Below are positions 9,037 to 19,212 of a stretch of DNA of 54,603 bases, piece after piece (positions within the stretch are counted from its first letter, which is position 1; the number at the start of each line of letters is the position of its first letter). The stretch lies in the IMG/VR virus record IMGVR_UViG_3300037264_007062, positions 1 to 54,603 of that record, one strand, 5' to 3'. The stretch comes from a virus. Taxonomy: Duplodnaviria > Caudoviricetes. The notes below the pieces were generated by a model. The model was not told where the DNA came from, did not search any database, and saw only the letters and a program-made list of their open reading frames with translations. The position numbers were made by a program, and so were the translations under genes.

Positions 9037-9519
9037 ATGAAATCTTTTAAAGAAATGATCCATGTTGCTGAAAATGACGAAGACAAGTGGGATCTGTTAG
9101 AAAGTAATCTGTATGAATTAGATCATAACCCATGTCAAGGCTGCGGCGGAAAATGCTGTACTGGAATGTACATTGATCAAGGACCATTCATAAACGGAAT
9201 CTCTGAAGATCACATAAAATGGGCCGAAGCCCACGAAACAACAACTTACAGAGCCAAAGATTTATACGGACAAGAAAGATGGGGCATTTATCTGAACAAT
9301 AAATGCAAACATCTTACTGATGAAGGCATGTGCGGAATTCAAGAAACCAAACCAAAAGCTTGCAGAGATTATTTCGGCCTTAATCCAGACGGACCTTTCG
9401 TTGAATGCAATCTGATCAGAGAACTCATCAAAACGAAACAAATATCTTACAAGCCCGAATGGATAAAAAGATTATGGCCGGATGAAATACCGGCTGAATT
9501 AATGACAGAAGGAGAATGA
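9037..9519 (+). CDS. YkgJ-family (CxxCxxCC) cysteine-cluster protein with CTS-like N-terminus
   Basis: CQGCGGKCC...CKHL....CGI...KPKACRDY; starts MKSFKEMIHVAE. Confidence 0.85.
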   Translation: MKSFKEMIHVAENDEDKWDLLESNLYELDHNPCQGCGGKCCTGMYIDQGPFINGISEDHIKWAEAHETTTYRAKDLYGQERWGIYLNNKCKHLTDEGMCGIQETKPKACRDYFGLNPDGPFVECNLIRELIKTKQISYKPEWIKRLWPDEIPAELMTEGE

Positions 9520-9980
9520 ATATGAAAAAGGAAAAGAAAGCGCCGATCCCGGGAGAAGGATGGTATGTATATAAAAACATCTCTGGCGGAGACCTAATCC
9601 TTCAGAACGGACGTATGATTCCTAAAGACGGAACTATCCAAGGCGACAGCTCTCTTCAGAAACTAAACCGAGAACTAAGACTTATCGATAATCTATCTAA
9701 AAACTTCAAAGTTAACAGAAATCAAAAACCTCAACTATTAACAGAGCAACCACTAAGTCCAGTTGAGATTATCACAGATACAGTTATAGAAGAACCACGG
9801 AGAAGAGGTGAAGTTGATATTACAAAAAAAGAACTTACGGAATTTGCCGAACTCAAAGGCGTCAAAATCTTCCCGCATTATGGTAAAGATAAAATAATGG
9901 AAAAAATCAGAGAGAAAAGCAAAACTCCAATAACCGAACAGAATGATCAATCCGCACTTAATAATATTCTCAATGGATAA
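9516..9980 (+). CDS. Hypothetical protein with small helical (Rho-N/HeH-like) motif
   Basis: TKKELTEFAELKGVKI....GKDKIMEKIRE. Confidence 0.55.
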   Translation: MNMKKEKKAPIPGEGWYVYKNISGGDLILQNGRMIPKDGTIQGDSSLQKLNRELRLIDNLSKNFKVNRNQKPQLLTEQPLSPVEIITDTVIEEPRRRGEVDITKKELTEFAELKGVKIFPHYGKDKIMEKIREKSKTPITEQNDQSALNNILNG

Positions 9981-11523
9981 GGAAGAACTAAAACTCTGGA
10001 TTAAAAAAAATCTATTTAATATAAAAAATCATCTCTCATCAGAAAGATTAAAATCTAAATGGTTCTTTAAAAGAAACTTCGCTCCTATTTACGATGAAAT
10101 TACTTCTAAAACTTCGTTTTTAGATGAAAATTCTTATTTATCTGAAAGAATCTATTGCATTCTTAATGATGTTCAATCAATAATTTTATGCAAAACATGT
10201 AATACCACTCCTGTAAGATTTAAAAAGTTTTCTAAAGGCTATTATTCATTTTGCACTCTCAGTTGTTCTTCGTCCAATAAAGAAATTCAACAGAAGATAA
10301 TGACAACAAATATCCGAAAATATGGTCACACAAGACCATATTTCAATGAATTAATTAAAGAAAAAATAAGAAACACAAATTTAGAACGATATGGATTTGA
10401 AAATCCAGCCCAATCAACTATTATCAAAAACAAAATAGAAAATTCAAACATTCTAAAATACGGCGTAAACAACTTCTCGAAACTTCAAATCAACCCAGAA
10501 TCAAGAAAAATATTAGAAAATAAAGAGATATTACAAGAAAAGTACCAGAAAAAAAACTCTGAAGAATTAGCTATAGAACTCGATGTTTCACCAAGTACAA
10601 TCATAAATTATTTGAATAAACATGAAATAAAAATCAAAGACCCTGGATTCTCTCGTAAAGAAAAAGAAATATCAGAATTTATAAAATATCTGACTGAATC
10701 TGTCGCAGAAAATGACAGAACCATCATCTTCCCGAATGAACTTGACATCTATATCCAAAAAAATAATCTTGCTATTGAATTTGACGGACTCTTTTGGCAT
10801 TCATATAATTCGGCAGAGAACAAATTTCAGAAAGAAAAACATCTAACCAAAACAATAAAATGTTTAGATAAAGGAATCCAATTACTTCATATATTTGAGA
10901 ATGAATGGACTAACCCAATTAAACAAGACATCTGGAAAAGTATAATTTCAAGTAAATTAAATAAAAACAATAAAATATATGCCAGAAAATGCAAAATCAA
11001 AGAAATTAGTGACAACAAATTAATAAAACTATTCCTAGACGAAAATCATATTCAAGGCCATGTTGGTTCTAGTATAAAACTAGGATTATATTTTAATGAT
11101 GAATTAGTATCCTTAATGACTTTTGGAAAATCTAGATATAATAAGAAATATCAATATGAACTTGTAAGATTCTGTAACAAGAAATACAATAATATTATTG
11201 GCGGTGCCAGTAAACTATTCAAATACTTTATCAATAACTATAATCCAGAATCAATTATCAGTTATGCGGATTTAAGATATAGCAACGGCAACATGTACAC
11301 TAAATTAGACATGAAATATACTAGAAACAGTAATCCTAATTATTACTACACATACGGAAATAAATTATATTCCCGATTGCGATTCCAAAAACATAAACTA
11401 CATAAAGTATTAGATAAATTTGATCCTGAACTATCTGAATCCCAAAATATGTTTAATAACAATTATCGCAGAATATGGGATTGTGGTAACATGGTTTTTA
11501 TATGGAAAAATATGAAGTCATAA
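9973..11523 (+). CDS. Hef-like free-standing homing endonuclease (KYG repeats, HTH, Vsr/PD-(D/E)xK-like domain)
   Basis: TNLERYGFENP repeats; ELDIYI...LAIEFDGLFWHS; IFENEW; IYARKC; RIWDCG. Confidence 0.85.
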   Translation: MDKEELKLWIKKNLFNIKNHLSSERLKSKWFFKRNFAPIYDEITSKTSFLDENSYLSERIYCILNDVQSIILCKTCNTTPVRFKKFSKGYYSFCTLSCSSSNKEIQQKIMTTNIRKYGHTRPYFNELIKEKIRNTNLERYGFENPAQSTIIKNKIENSNILKYGVNNFSKLQINPESRKILENKEILQEKYQKKNSEELAIELDVSPSTIINYLNKHEIKIKDPGFSRKEKEISEFIKYLTESVAENDRTIIFPNELDIYIQKNNLAIEFDGLFWHSYNSAENKFQKEKHLTKTIKCLDKGIQLLHIFENEWTNPIKQDIWKSIISSKLNKNNKIYARKCKIKEISDNKLIKLFLDENHIQGHVGSSIKLGLYFNDELVSLMTFGKSRYNKKYQYELVRFCNKKYNNIIGGASKLFKYFINNYNPESIISYADLRYSNGNMYTKLDMKYTRNSNPNYYYTYGNKLYSRLRFQKHKLHKVLDKFDPELSESQNMFNNNYRRIWDCGNMVFIWKNMKS

Positions 11524-11524
11524 T

Positions 11525-11532
11525 TATAAATA
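11525..11532 (+). promoter_or_regulatory. T4-type late promoter TATAAATA
   Basis: Exact consensus ahead of GAGGTG RBS and neck gene. Confidence 0.7.
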
Positions 11533-11551
11533 GCTCAGAGGTGACGATATT

Positions 11552-12532
11552 ATGGCTCTAGTCGTAAGTTTTGATAATGATATTCAGAATATAAATAATC
11601 CAGAACAGGATATTCCGAATCAAGGACCTAGACGTAAAAATACTGGACAATGTGACAATCTTGTTATCAAAACAGATTGTGCAACAGAAAACATAAATCC
11701 TAATATCCTGCCTGAATCTGAAAGTCCGGCTAGAAGATACGACTGTGAAGATAAAATAGGCCCTAGACCTAATCGAGAAAGAGTCCGTGGAGAAATTGCA
11801 GATTACATCCTTTTAATGCTTGGAGCTCCGGTTCTTGACATCGAACTAGATCGACAACAAATAACTCTGGCTGTAGACGAAGCTCTGAGAATATTTGAAG
11901 AATGGGCGCCAGCCTCGTACTTCCAATACTACACATTTGAAACTAATGCCGGACAATCTGTATACGAACTTCCATGCGACATCGGAATAATTCGCAATGT
12001 CGAACATCTGGGCAGAGAATGCGATGCATCTTCCCAACTTGGCGGCGGACAAACACTTGGCTGGATTGGAGACACAGGCTACGGAGCTGGCGGCCTTGCA
12101 TGGGGCTCGTGGGGCTACAACCGTCATCAACCTTTTTGGGGAAACGCTCATGAATGGGTCATGTTCAAACAGTATGAAGAAACGTTTGAACGTTTATCTG
12201 GAAGAAACGGAGGATGGGAATTCTTTCAGGATACACATACATTAAAAATTTACCCAGTTCCAAATCTTGGTGGTGGAACAGTTACTATTCATTATTTGCA
12301 GAAGAAAAAAAATTGGCCCGAAGTTCATGACTGGATGAACAATTACGGTTTGTGTCTTGCAAAAATAATGCTTGGAAGAATAAGAAGTAAATACTCAAAT
12401 ATTGTATCTCCTGGAGGAGGAGTAACGTTAGACGGGCAAAATTTATTGACTGAAGGATTGCAAGAAAAGAAAGATCTTGAAAAGGATCTTATTTATCGTT
12501 GGAATGAACCAATACCTATGGTTTTAGGTTAG
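11552..12532 (+). CDS. Neck protein, T4 gp13-like
   Basis: YILLMLGAPVLDIELDRQQI; AKIMLGRIRSKY...PGGGVTLDG. Confidence 0.9.
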   Translation: MALVVSFDNDIQNINNPEQDIPNQGPRRKNTGQCDNLVIKTDCATENINPNILPESESPARRYDCEDKIGPRPNRERVRGEIADYILLMLGAPVLDIELDRQQITLAVDEALRIFEEWAPASYFQYYTFETNAGQSVYELPCDIGIIRNVEHLGRECDASSQLGGGQTLGWIGDTGYGAGGLAWGSWGYNRHQPFWGNAHEWVMFKQYEETFERLSGRNGGWEFFQDTHTLKIYPVPNLGGGTVTIHYLQKKKNWPEVHDWMNNYGLCLAKIMLGRIRSKYSNIVSPGGGVTLDGQNLLTEGLQEKKDLEKDLIYRWNEPIPMVLG

Positions 12533-14225
12533 CTTTTTTCCAAGTAAATATCATGTTGCCACAATCCCATATTCTTCTATAACCGTTGTTAAACATATTT
12601 TGCGTTTCACTCAATTGAGACTCGAAATTATCTAATAATCCAGATAATTTATGTTTCTGGAATTTAGTTCTAGATAACATTTTCTTATCTCCTTTTTTAT
12701 TATTAATATAATAATATTTTGGCCTGCTATTACCGGCATATTCCATTTTTAGTTTATTATACATATTGCCGTTGCTATATCTCAAGTCGGCATAACTTAT
12801 AATTGATTCTGGATTATAGTTATCAAGGAAGTATTTAAATAATTTACTGGCACCGCCGATTGTTGAAGTATATTTTTTATTACAGAATCTTACAAGTTCA
12901 TATTGATATTTCTTATTATATCTGGGTTTACTAAAGGTCATTAAGGACACTAATTCATTATTATAAAATAATCCTAGTTTTATACTAGAACCAACATGAC
13001 CTTGAATATGATTTTCATCTAAGAATTTTTTGATTGATTTATTATCATAAATTTCTTTTATTTCACATTTACGTGCATATATTCTATTATTCTTATTTAA
13101 CTTTCCTGATATCATAGATTTCCAGATATCCTGTCTTACAGGATCTAGCCATTCATTCTCGAATATATGGAATAATTGGATATTGTTGTTGTAACAAATA
13201 TTCGTTTTATACAAATGTTTGTTTTTTTCTTTTCTTGATTCAAGACGATCATAAGAATGATAGAATAAGCCATTGAATTCTATTGCAACTCTATGATATG
13301 GAATGAATATATCTATTTCTTTATTTTTTATTTTTATACGATGATTTATCTCCTTATCACAGACATTTTTAATAAAATTCAATATTTCTTTTTCATATGA
13401 AGACGCATAAAATTTTCGAACTTCTAGATCATGTTTCTTTAACCAAGAAATAACAGTTCCATATACGATGCCTAATTCTGATCCTATTTCTGTGCATGTT
13501 TTTTCTAATTTATGATGTTGAATTAATAACCAATCTTTGTCTTTTAATTTTTTTAATGATTCTTCTGAAACATTTATCTGATTAATGTTGTCATAAATTT
13601 CTCCGTATTTTAGTTTCACTGTTTTTAATATCGATTTTCTAATTTTTTTCTGTATTTCTTTGTTTTGACTTATATTTTCTACTCCATATCTGTTTTTAAT
13701 AGTTTCTTTTATTTTATCTCTTATTTCTTTAACTGAGAAAGTACTTTCGACTCCGTATTTTTCTAAATTCGTTTTTCTTATTTCTTCTTTTATTCGTTCA
13801 GAAAACATTACGTTTTCAACACCGTATCTTTCTATATTTGTTTTTTTTATTTTTTCATTAATTTCATGTTTTTCTTCTTCAGATTTAGAATTATGATGAA
13901 TAGAAATGTTTTTGGCTATTTCTGGATCCTTGTTTGCACAAATATCAGAACAATAAGTTTTGTAACCTACAGAAAAACATACAAATCTGACTTTTTTATT
14001 GCATATTTTACATATTTTTGTTTCTATAATATCATTAAGAACACAATAAATCCTTTCGTTGTTTTTTGAATTTTCATCCAAAAAGCGCGTTAAATCTAAA
14101 ATTTCTTCATATTTTTCTTTAAAGTTCGAAATAAAATAATTAGTTTTAACTCGGGCTGGATTAAGTCCTAGATGATTAAACAAATTATCTTTGATCCAGA
14201 ATTTAAGTTCTTCTTTATTCTTCAT
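12516..14225 (-). CDS. Second Hef-like homing endonuclease, paralog of 9973-11523
   Basis: Same motifs (AIEFNGLFYHS, IYARKC, RIWDCG) with more KYG repeats. Confidence 0.85.
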   Translation of the reverse strand: MKNKEELKFWIKDNLFNHLGLNPARVKTNYFISNFKEKYEEILDLTRFLDENSKNNERIYCVLNDIIETKICKICNKKVRFVCFSVGYKTYCSDICANKDPEIAKNISIHHNSKSEEEKHEINEKIKKTNIERYGVENVMFSERIKEEIRKTNLEKYGVESTFSVKEIRDKIKETIKNRYGVENISQNKEIQKKIRKSILKTVKLKYGEIYDNINQINVSEESLKKLKDKDWLLIQHHKLEKTCTEIGSELGIVYGTVISWLKKHDLEVRKFYASSYEKEILNFIKNVCDKEINHRIKIKNKEIDIFIPYHRVAIEFNGLFYHSYDRLESRKEKNKHLYKTNICYNNNIQLFHIFENEWLDPVRQDIWKSMISGKLNKNNRIYARKCEIKEIYDNKSIKKFLDENHIQGHVGSSIKLGLFYNNELVSLMTFSKPRYNKKYQYELVRFCNKKYTSTIGGASKLFKYFLDNYNPESIISYADLRYSNGNMYNKLKMEYAGNSRPKYYYINNKKGDKKMLSRTKFQKHKLSGLLDNFESQLSETQNMFNNGYRRIWDCGNMIFTWKKANLKP

Positions 14226-14829
14226 CTGCTAATATATCTTCTCTGACTTTATCCTTTAGGCCGTCAGTCATAATGAATTCATTATAATCTATACTAACAG
14301 AGAAAAAAGATTTATCTTTACTGTCTTTAGATAAAGCTGGAGGATCTATATTCATCGGACAACAATCTTTATAATAAAAACATGTCGATGCTCCTAAATC
14401 TTTATTAAGAGTGATTATCTGAATCGCCTTCTTACTTCCAGATTTCATCCATTCATAATAATAGATCAAGTTATTTACAGGATAAATGATATGATTCATA
14501 GTGAAAACAATAAAATCATTAGGTTCTTTCTTTACAGATGGAAGATAAATATTACACGCTAATTCTTCGATTCCATCAACGACAATCATAAAATCATTCG
14601 AATGTTGAAATGAATAACCTTCTGATCTGTTCATTCCGGCATTAGAATCTTTACCTTGTGGAATATGAGAATAGCTGATTCCGTATTGATCTAATTTCTT
14701 CTTCAGAGTTTTAATATTCCCGCCTCTGGGAACTAATCCTAAATCTTTCAATATTCCGGAAAAACTATGATTTGCCTCTACTAAAGAACTCAACTCTTGT
14801 CTGTCCAAAACATCGATCTTACTTGCCAT
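14215..14829 (-). CDS. Chimeric protein: HNH-associated helical N-domain plus degenerate tail-tube-like domain
   Basis: SFSGILKDLGLVPRGGNIKTLKKKL..YGISYSH; C-half EW...KKAIQIITLNKD....FYYKDCCPMNI...L...S....FSVSIDYN follows the gp19 pattern. Confidence 0.5.
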   Translation of the reverse strand: MASKIDVLDRQELSSLVEANHSFSGILKDLGLVPRGGNIKTLKKKLDQYGISYSHIPQGKDSNAGMNRSEGYSFQHSNDFMIVVDGIEELACNIYLPSVKKEPNDFIVFTMNHIIYPVNNLIYYYEWMKSGSKKAIQIITLNKDLGASTCFYYKDCCPMNIDPPALSKDSKDKSFFSVSIDYNEFIMTDGLKDKVREDILADEE

Positions 14830-14919
14830 AATAATACAACCACCCTTTCTTATATTCAGATACATAAAAATTAAATTAGTATCATTATAAGATAGATGCG
14901 AGCATTATTTTTTTATTTT

Positions 14920-15948
14920 TTATTTTAAGAATTCGAGCCACGTTTTGATGGCTTCGGAGTTGTATTTTTTGAGTTTTATTTTATTGAGGAACGCGATCAA
15001 ATCGAACATTATATTATTCAGATGATAGTTAAAATTTAGTTTTCTGGTTATTGAATGCGTGGATGTAGTTTTGGCTTTTGTAAAGTACGGAAGCCAGTTT
15101 ATTTCATCTGAAACAACGATCGGGATTTTGTTATTTACAAAATCGGCAGCGACTATATTAAATGATTCTGAAAAGCTGACTTGCATACCTATGTCCATAG
15201 TTTTTATCAGACTTATAAATTCTAGGTGTGTCATCCATTCATGTTCTATAAGTTCATGATAAGAGTTTTCAAAGACGGCTCTTATATTTTTTAACGGTTG
15301 GTCACCGTGTTGTTCTATCCGGTCACCATTGATATGGAATTTTAGTTTCTTTTTATTTTTATTTGCAAAATCAATAGCCGCCACAGCTTGTATTAAATGG
15401 TTTTTCATCGGTCTTAACGCGCCAAAACATCCAATATCAATGTATCCGTCGTCTCTTTTTATATATTTCACATCTGGAAGTTCATCTGAAGGATGATAGA
15501 TGTTAGGAAGATATACGTTTTTAACGTTAAGTTTATTTAAGTCTTCTGAGAATACTTTATTGTTTCCAGAAATTAAAATATTTTCATAACAGGAGGACAG
15601 ATCGTTAAGTTTGTTGATCCAGTCGAATGCAATGCCTTCATTCGCAATGAAAGGAAGTTGGGAATGGATTCTGATGATCCATTTAGTTTCTTTATATTTT
15701 TCAATAAGGGTCTTTATTTTAGATGGAATAACCCATAGGGCATGGATAATGACATACGCAGGTTTATATGAAAAAACTTCTCTTTCTATGCAATTACCAT
15801 CAAATACACACACTACTTTGGTGTCAAATCCTTTTTCTTTTAAGGCATTGGCGATAAATGACGCGGAGTTTAAAAGACCAAAGGAAATTCCGTATGAATC
15901 AATTCTCTTCTTGCATATAAACAGAATTCTTTTGTTCGTATCAATCAT
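14920..15948 (-). CDS. Glycosyltransferase, GT-B (GT4-like)
   Basis: IGCFGALRPMKNHL; QVSFSESFNIVAAD....IPIVVS. Confidence 0.8.
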   Translation of the reverse strand: MIDTNKRILFICKKRIDSYGISFGLLNSASFIANALKEKGFDTKVVCVFDGNCIEREVFSYKPAYVIIHALWVIPSKIKTLIEKYKETKWIIRIHSQLPFIANEGIAFDWINKLNDLSSCYENILISGNNKVFSEDLNKLNVKNVYLPNIYHPSDELPDVKYIKRDDGYIDIGCFGALRPMKNHLIQAVAAIDFANKNKKKLKFHINGDRIEQHGDQPLKNIRAVFENSYHELIEHEWMTHLEFISLIKTMDIGMQVSFSESFNIVAADFVNNKIPIVVSDEINWLPYFTKAKTTSTHSITRKLNFNYHLNNIMFDLIAFLNKIKLKKYNSEAIKTWLEFLK

Positions 15949-16123
15949 AGATTTGCCACCAAAAATCTGGATCTATCGGAGTTGTGAACGCTTTGAGTTG
16001 TTTTTTTTGTTCCTCATCTTCAACAAAATGAACTTGCGAAGTTGTATCATCGATTTTAATATTTAAAATTTCCCATTCGCTTCTTGGGTTGTTCCACATA
16101 GATCTTTTAATTTTTTCAGGCAT
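15941..16123 (-). CDS. Small hypothetical protein
   Basis: 60 aa, overlaps both neighbours by 8 nt. Confidence 0.55.
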   Translation of the reverse strand: MPEKIKRSMWNNPRSEWEILNIKIDDTTSQVHFVEDEEQKKQLKAFTTPIDPDFWWQIYD

Positions 16124-16463
16124 TTTTATTATTATAGAGAGTTAAATCTTTATTTTTCAATAGAAAATAAATTTTTGAGATTGTTGATTTAATTTCCTCT
16201 TCATTTGGATCTTTTTCATTTTCAATAAAAAATATTATTCGAGCGCACTCATTTATGTCATGAAAAATCGTGCCATCATCTGAGTGTTCTTCAATGATCC
16301 GGATAATCAGATATTTATCTTGGTCGTCGAGGGTGTTTATCCAGTCGTCCATTTTGCTTTTGCCTGGAATAAGATTTTTTCTTATCGTTTTTACAACTAT
16401 ATGCGCGGCATACATCTTATTCTGGGCCATGAGTCTCTCACAAAAAAATTCATTGAAGAGCAT
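16116..16463 (-). CDS. Hypothetical protein, CTS-like N-terminus
   Basis: MLFNEFFCE. Confidence 0.6.
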   Translation of the reverse strand: MLFNEFFCERLMAQNKMYAAHIVVKTIRKNLIPGKSKMDDWINTLDDQDKYLIIRIIEEHSDDGTIFHDINECARIIFFIENEKDPNEEEIKSTISKIYFLLKNKDLTLYNNKNA

Positions 16464-16491
16464 ATTATTAATATATATAGTTTTGTGTAAA

Positions 16492-16947
16492 ATGCTTAAA
16501 TTTGAACAATATCTTAATGAAAATAAAGATTTAGATCATCAATTGATAGATGCGGCTAGATCAGGTGATCTTGAACTTGTTAAGAAATTAACAGATCAAG
16601 GTTCTGATATTCATGCTGAAAATGGTTTAGCTTTAAGAAATGCTAGCCGGCGTGGTCACTTAGATATAGTTAAATATCTTATAAATAATGGTTCTGATAT
16701 TCATGCTGAAAATGATTATGCTTTAAGATACGCTAGTTATACTGGCCATCTAGATGTAGTTAAATATCTTATTCAACAAGGATCTAATGTACCTGAATTG
16801 ATAGATATACCTGAAGAAGTACAGGAGATAGCTATAAAGAATGACGCTGGTAATATCAAATATATAAATAATTTAAGATCTGATCTTAAAAATAAATATA
16901 AACATTTAATACAGGCTTCAGGATTTGGATTATTTGATAATGATTAA
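16492..16947 (+). CDS. Ankyrin-repeat protein (3 repeats), array A unit 1
   Basis: Start reassigned to MLKFEQYLNE by alignment to paralogs. Confidence 0.9.
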   Translation: MLKFEQYLNENKDLDHQLIDAARSGDLELVKKLTDQGSDIHAENGLALRNASRRGHLDIVKYLINNGSDIHAENDYALRYASYTGHLDVVKYLIQQGSNVPELIDIPEEVQEIAIKNDAGNIKYINNLRSDLKNKYKHLIQASGFGLFDND

Positions 16948-17497
16948 ATTTGAACAATATCTTCTTAATGAAAAAAATTTCGATTTAGATCAGAAGTTAA
17001 TATCAGCATCTGTAAAAGGCGATCTTGATCTTGTCAAAAAATTAATAGATCAAGGCGCTGATGTTCATGTTGAACACGACGCATCTTTAAGATATGCTAG
17101 TGAATACGGTCATTTGACCGTATTAAAATATTTAATTGAAGAAGCCGGAGCTAATATAAAAGTTAAAAATTATCAAGCCTTAAGATTAGCTAGTTATAAT
17201 GGACATTTAGAAATAGTTAAATATCTTATAAGCAAAGGAGCTGATATTCATGCCGAAGATGATTATGCTTTAATATTGGCTTTAAGAGGCAATCGTACAG
17301 ATGTTATAAAATACTTATTACAAAAAGGAGCTAATTTTCCTGAATTTGGAATTGATATTCCTGATAATATGCAAGAAATGATTATTAAAATCAACATTAA
17401 AAATATAAAATATATTAAAAATTTAAGAAATGATCTTAAAAAGAAATATAAACATCTGTTAATAGGATCAGGATTCGGATTATTTGATGATGATTAA
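16940..17497 (+). CDS. Ankyrin-repeat protein (4 repeats), array A unit 2
   Basis: MIKFEQYLLNE; ATGATTAA overlap with previous stop. Confidence 0.9.
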   Translation: MIKFEQYLLNEKNFDLDQKLISASVKGDLDLVKKLIDQGADVHVEHDASLRYASEYGHLTVLKYLIEEAGANIKVKNYQALRLASYNGHLEIVKYLISKGADIHAEDDYALILALRGNRTDVIKYLLQKGANFPEFGIDIPDNMQEMIIKINIKNIKYIKNLRNDLKKKYKHLLIGSGFGLFDDD

Positions 17498-18029
17498 ATT
17501 CGAACAATATCTCAAAGAGAATAAAGATTTAGATCAACAATTAATGAATGCATTTAAAGATGGCAAACTTGATCTTGTCAAACAATTAATAGGTCTAGGG
17601 GCTGATATTCATGCTGATAGTGACGGCGCTTTAAGATGGGCTAGTGAAAAAGGTCATTTAGAATTTGTTAAATATTTGATAGAGCAAGGCGCTGATATTC
17701 ATGCTGGTGATGAATATGCTTTAAGATGGGCTAGTTTAAATGGTCATTTAGAAGTAGTTAAATATCTTGTAAATAAAGGAGCCGATATTCATGCTGAGAA
17801 TGATTTTGTTTTAAGATATGCTAGTTATTATGGTCATTTAGAAGTAGTTAAATATCTTATCCAGCAAGGATTAAATATACCCATTTATATAGATATACCT
17901 GAAGACGTACAAGAAATAGCTATAAAAAATGATGTTAAAAACATAAAGAATATTAAGAATTTAAGATATGATCTTAAAAAGAAATATAAACATCTGTTAA
18001 TAGGATCAGGATTCGGATTATTTAATTGA
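17490..18029 (+). CDS. Ankyrin-repeat protein (4 repeats), array A unit 3
   Basis: MIKFEQYLKE; ATGATTAA overlap; ends GLFN*. Confidence 0.9.
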   Translation: MIKFEQYLKENKDLDQQLMNAFKDGKLDLVKQLIGLGADIHADSDGALRWASEKGHLEFVKYLIEQGADIHAGDEYALRWASLNGHLEVVKYLVNKGADIHAENDFVLRYASYYGHLEVVKYLIQQGLNIPIYIDIPEDVQEIAIKNDVKNIKNIKNLRYDLKKKYKHLLIGSGFGLFN

Positions 18030-18032
18030 ATT

Positions 18033-18572
18033 ATGATTGTAAAAAAAGACGGATCAGAATATATTGTCAAAGGTCCGGTCAAAAAAAATCATGACGAATG
18101 GGATTTTAATAAAATTGATATAAGATATTTCAATTTTGATCAATTCGCCAAAGCTGAATTATTAAATAAACAGATAATTAAAAATACAGAAAAAAGACTT
18201 GAAAAAGTACAAAAAATAATATCTGAACCCATCCAGAATGATGATGATTATCTCGACAAAGAAACAAAAGAAATAAACAAAGAAACTGCTCTTAGAATAA
18301 TTTCTGAAATTGAACCTGAAGAAGATCAAAAAGACTATTCTTCAGAGATATTACCAGGATTTCCTGTAACCTATATGTCTCCAGAAAAAGAAAAAGCCAG
18401 AATGTATGCCTCAATATTAGAAGATAATAATCATGATAAAAAAATAATTATTTCTGGTGATTACGCTATCGAATATAACGGAAAAATACTCATTGAATAT
18501 GATAACAGCTGGTGGAATATAGTCGAATTGATTCATAAGAAAAATAATTTTATTGTAACTTTGAATAAATAA
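18033..18572 (+). CDS. Hypothetical protein, possible divergent gp14 paralog
   Basis: Shares KxDGSxY, G.P(V/I)TY and N.(S/T)WW.I with ORF 19853. Confidence 0.5.
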   Translation: MIVKKDGSEYIVKGPVKKNHDEWDFNKIDIRYFNFDQFAKAELLNKQIIKNTEKRLEKVQKIISEPIQNDDDYLDKETKEINKETALRIISEIEPEEDQKDYSSEILPGFPVTYMSPEKEKARMYASILEDNNHDKKIIISGDYAIEYNGKILIEYDNSWWNIVELIHKKNNFIVTLNK

Positions 18573-18576
18573 AATA

Positions 18577-19212
18577 ATGATTAAATTTGAACAATATCTC
18601 CTTAATGAAAATGAAAGTTTAAGGCAACAATTAATAAATGCTTCTAGAAAAGGCAATTTTAATCTTGTTAAGAAATTAATAGAACAAGGAACAGATATTC
18701 GTGATTATGATGAGGCTTTAACCTGGGCCAGTTCTAACGGTCATTTAGAAGTAGTTAAATATTTTGTAAGCAAGGGCGCTAATATTCATAATTATGAAGA
18801 AGGAGCTTTAAGAGCAGCTGTTAGTTTTAATCATTTAGAAGTAGTTAAATATCTTATAAGTAAAGGCGCTGATATTCATGCTTTTGATGACGCAGCTTTA
18901 AGGAATGCTAGTTATCGTGGTAATTTAGAAATGGTTAAATACCTTATAAATAATGGCGCCGATATACACGCTGAAAATGATAAAGCTTTAATAACAGCTA
19001 TTGATGGCGGACAGTCAGAAGTGATTAAATATCTTATTCAACAAGGATCTAATATAACCAAAGAAATGAATGTACCTGAAAATGTTCAGGAAATTGTAAT
19101 AAAAAGTGATATAAAAAATATAAAGAATATTAAGAATTTGAGATCTGATCTTAAAATTAAATATAAACATCTATTACAGGCTTCAGGATTTGGATTATTT
19201 AGTGATGATTAA
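18577..19212 (+). CDS. Ankyrin-repeat protein (5 repeats), array B unit 1
   Basis: MIKFEQYLLNE; GADIHA..D.AL..A...GHLEVVKYL repeats. Confidence 0.92.
   Translation: MIKFEQYLLNENESLRQQLINASRKGNFNLVKKLIEQGTDIRDYDEALTWASSNGHLEVVKYFVSKGANIHNYEEGALRAAVSFNHLEVVKYLISKGADIHAFDDAALRNASYRGNLEMVKYLINNGADIHAENDKALITAIDGGQSEVIKYLIQQGSNITKEMNVPENVQEIVIKSDIKNIKNIKNLRSDLKIKYKHLLQASGFGLFSDD

Noticed and set aside
16270-16491. N-terminal extension of the first array-A ANK gene given in the ORF track
   Set aside because: Overlaps the opposite-strand gene; paralogs fix the start at 16492. The MDYL/MDYS/MMM extensions of other units are rejected for the same reason
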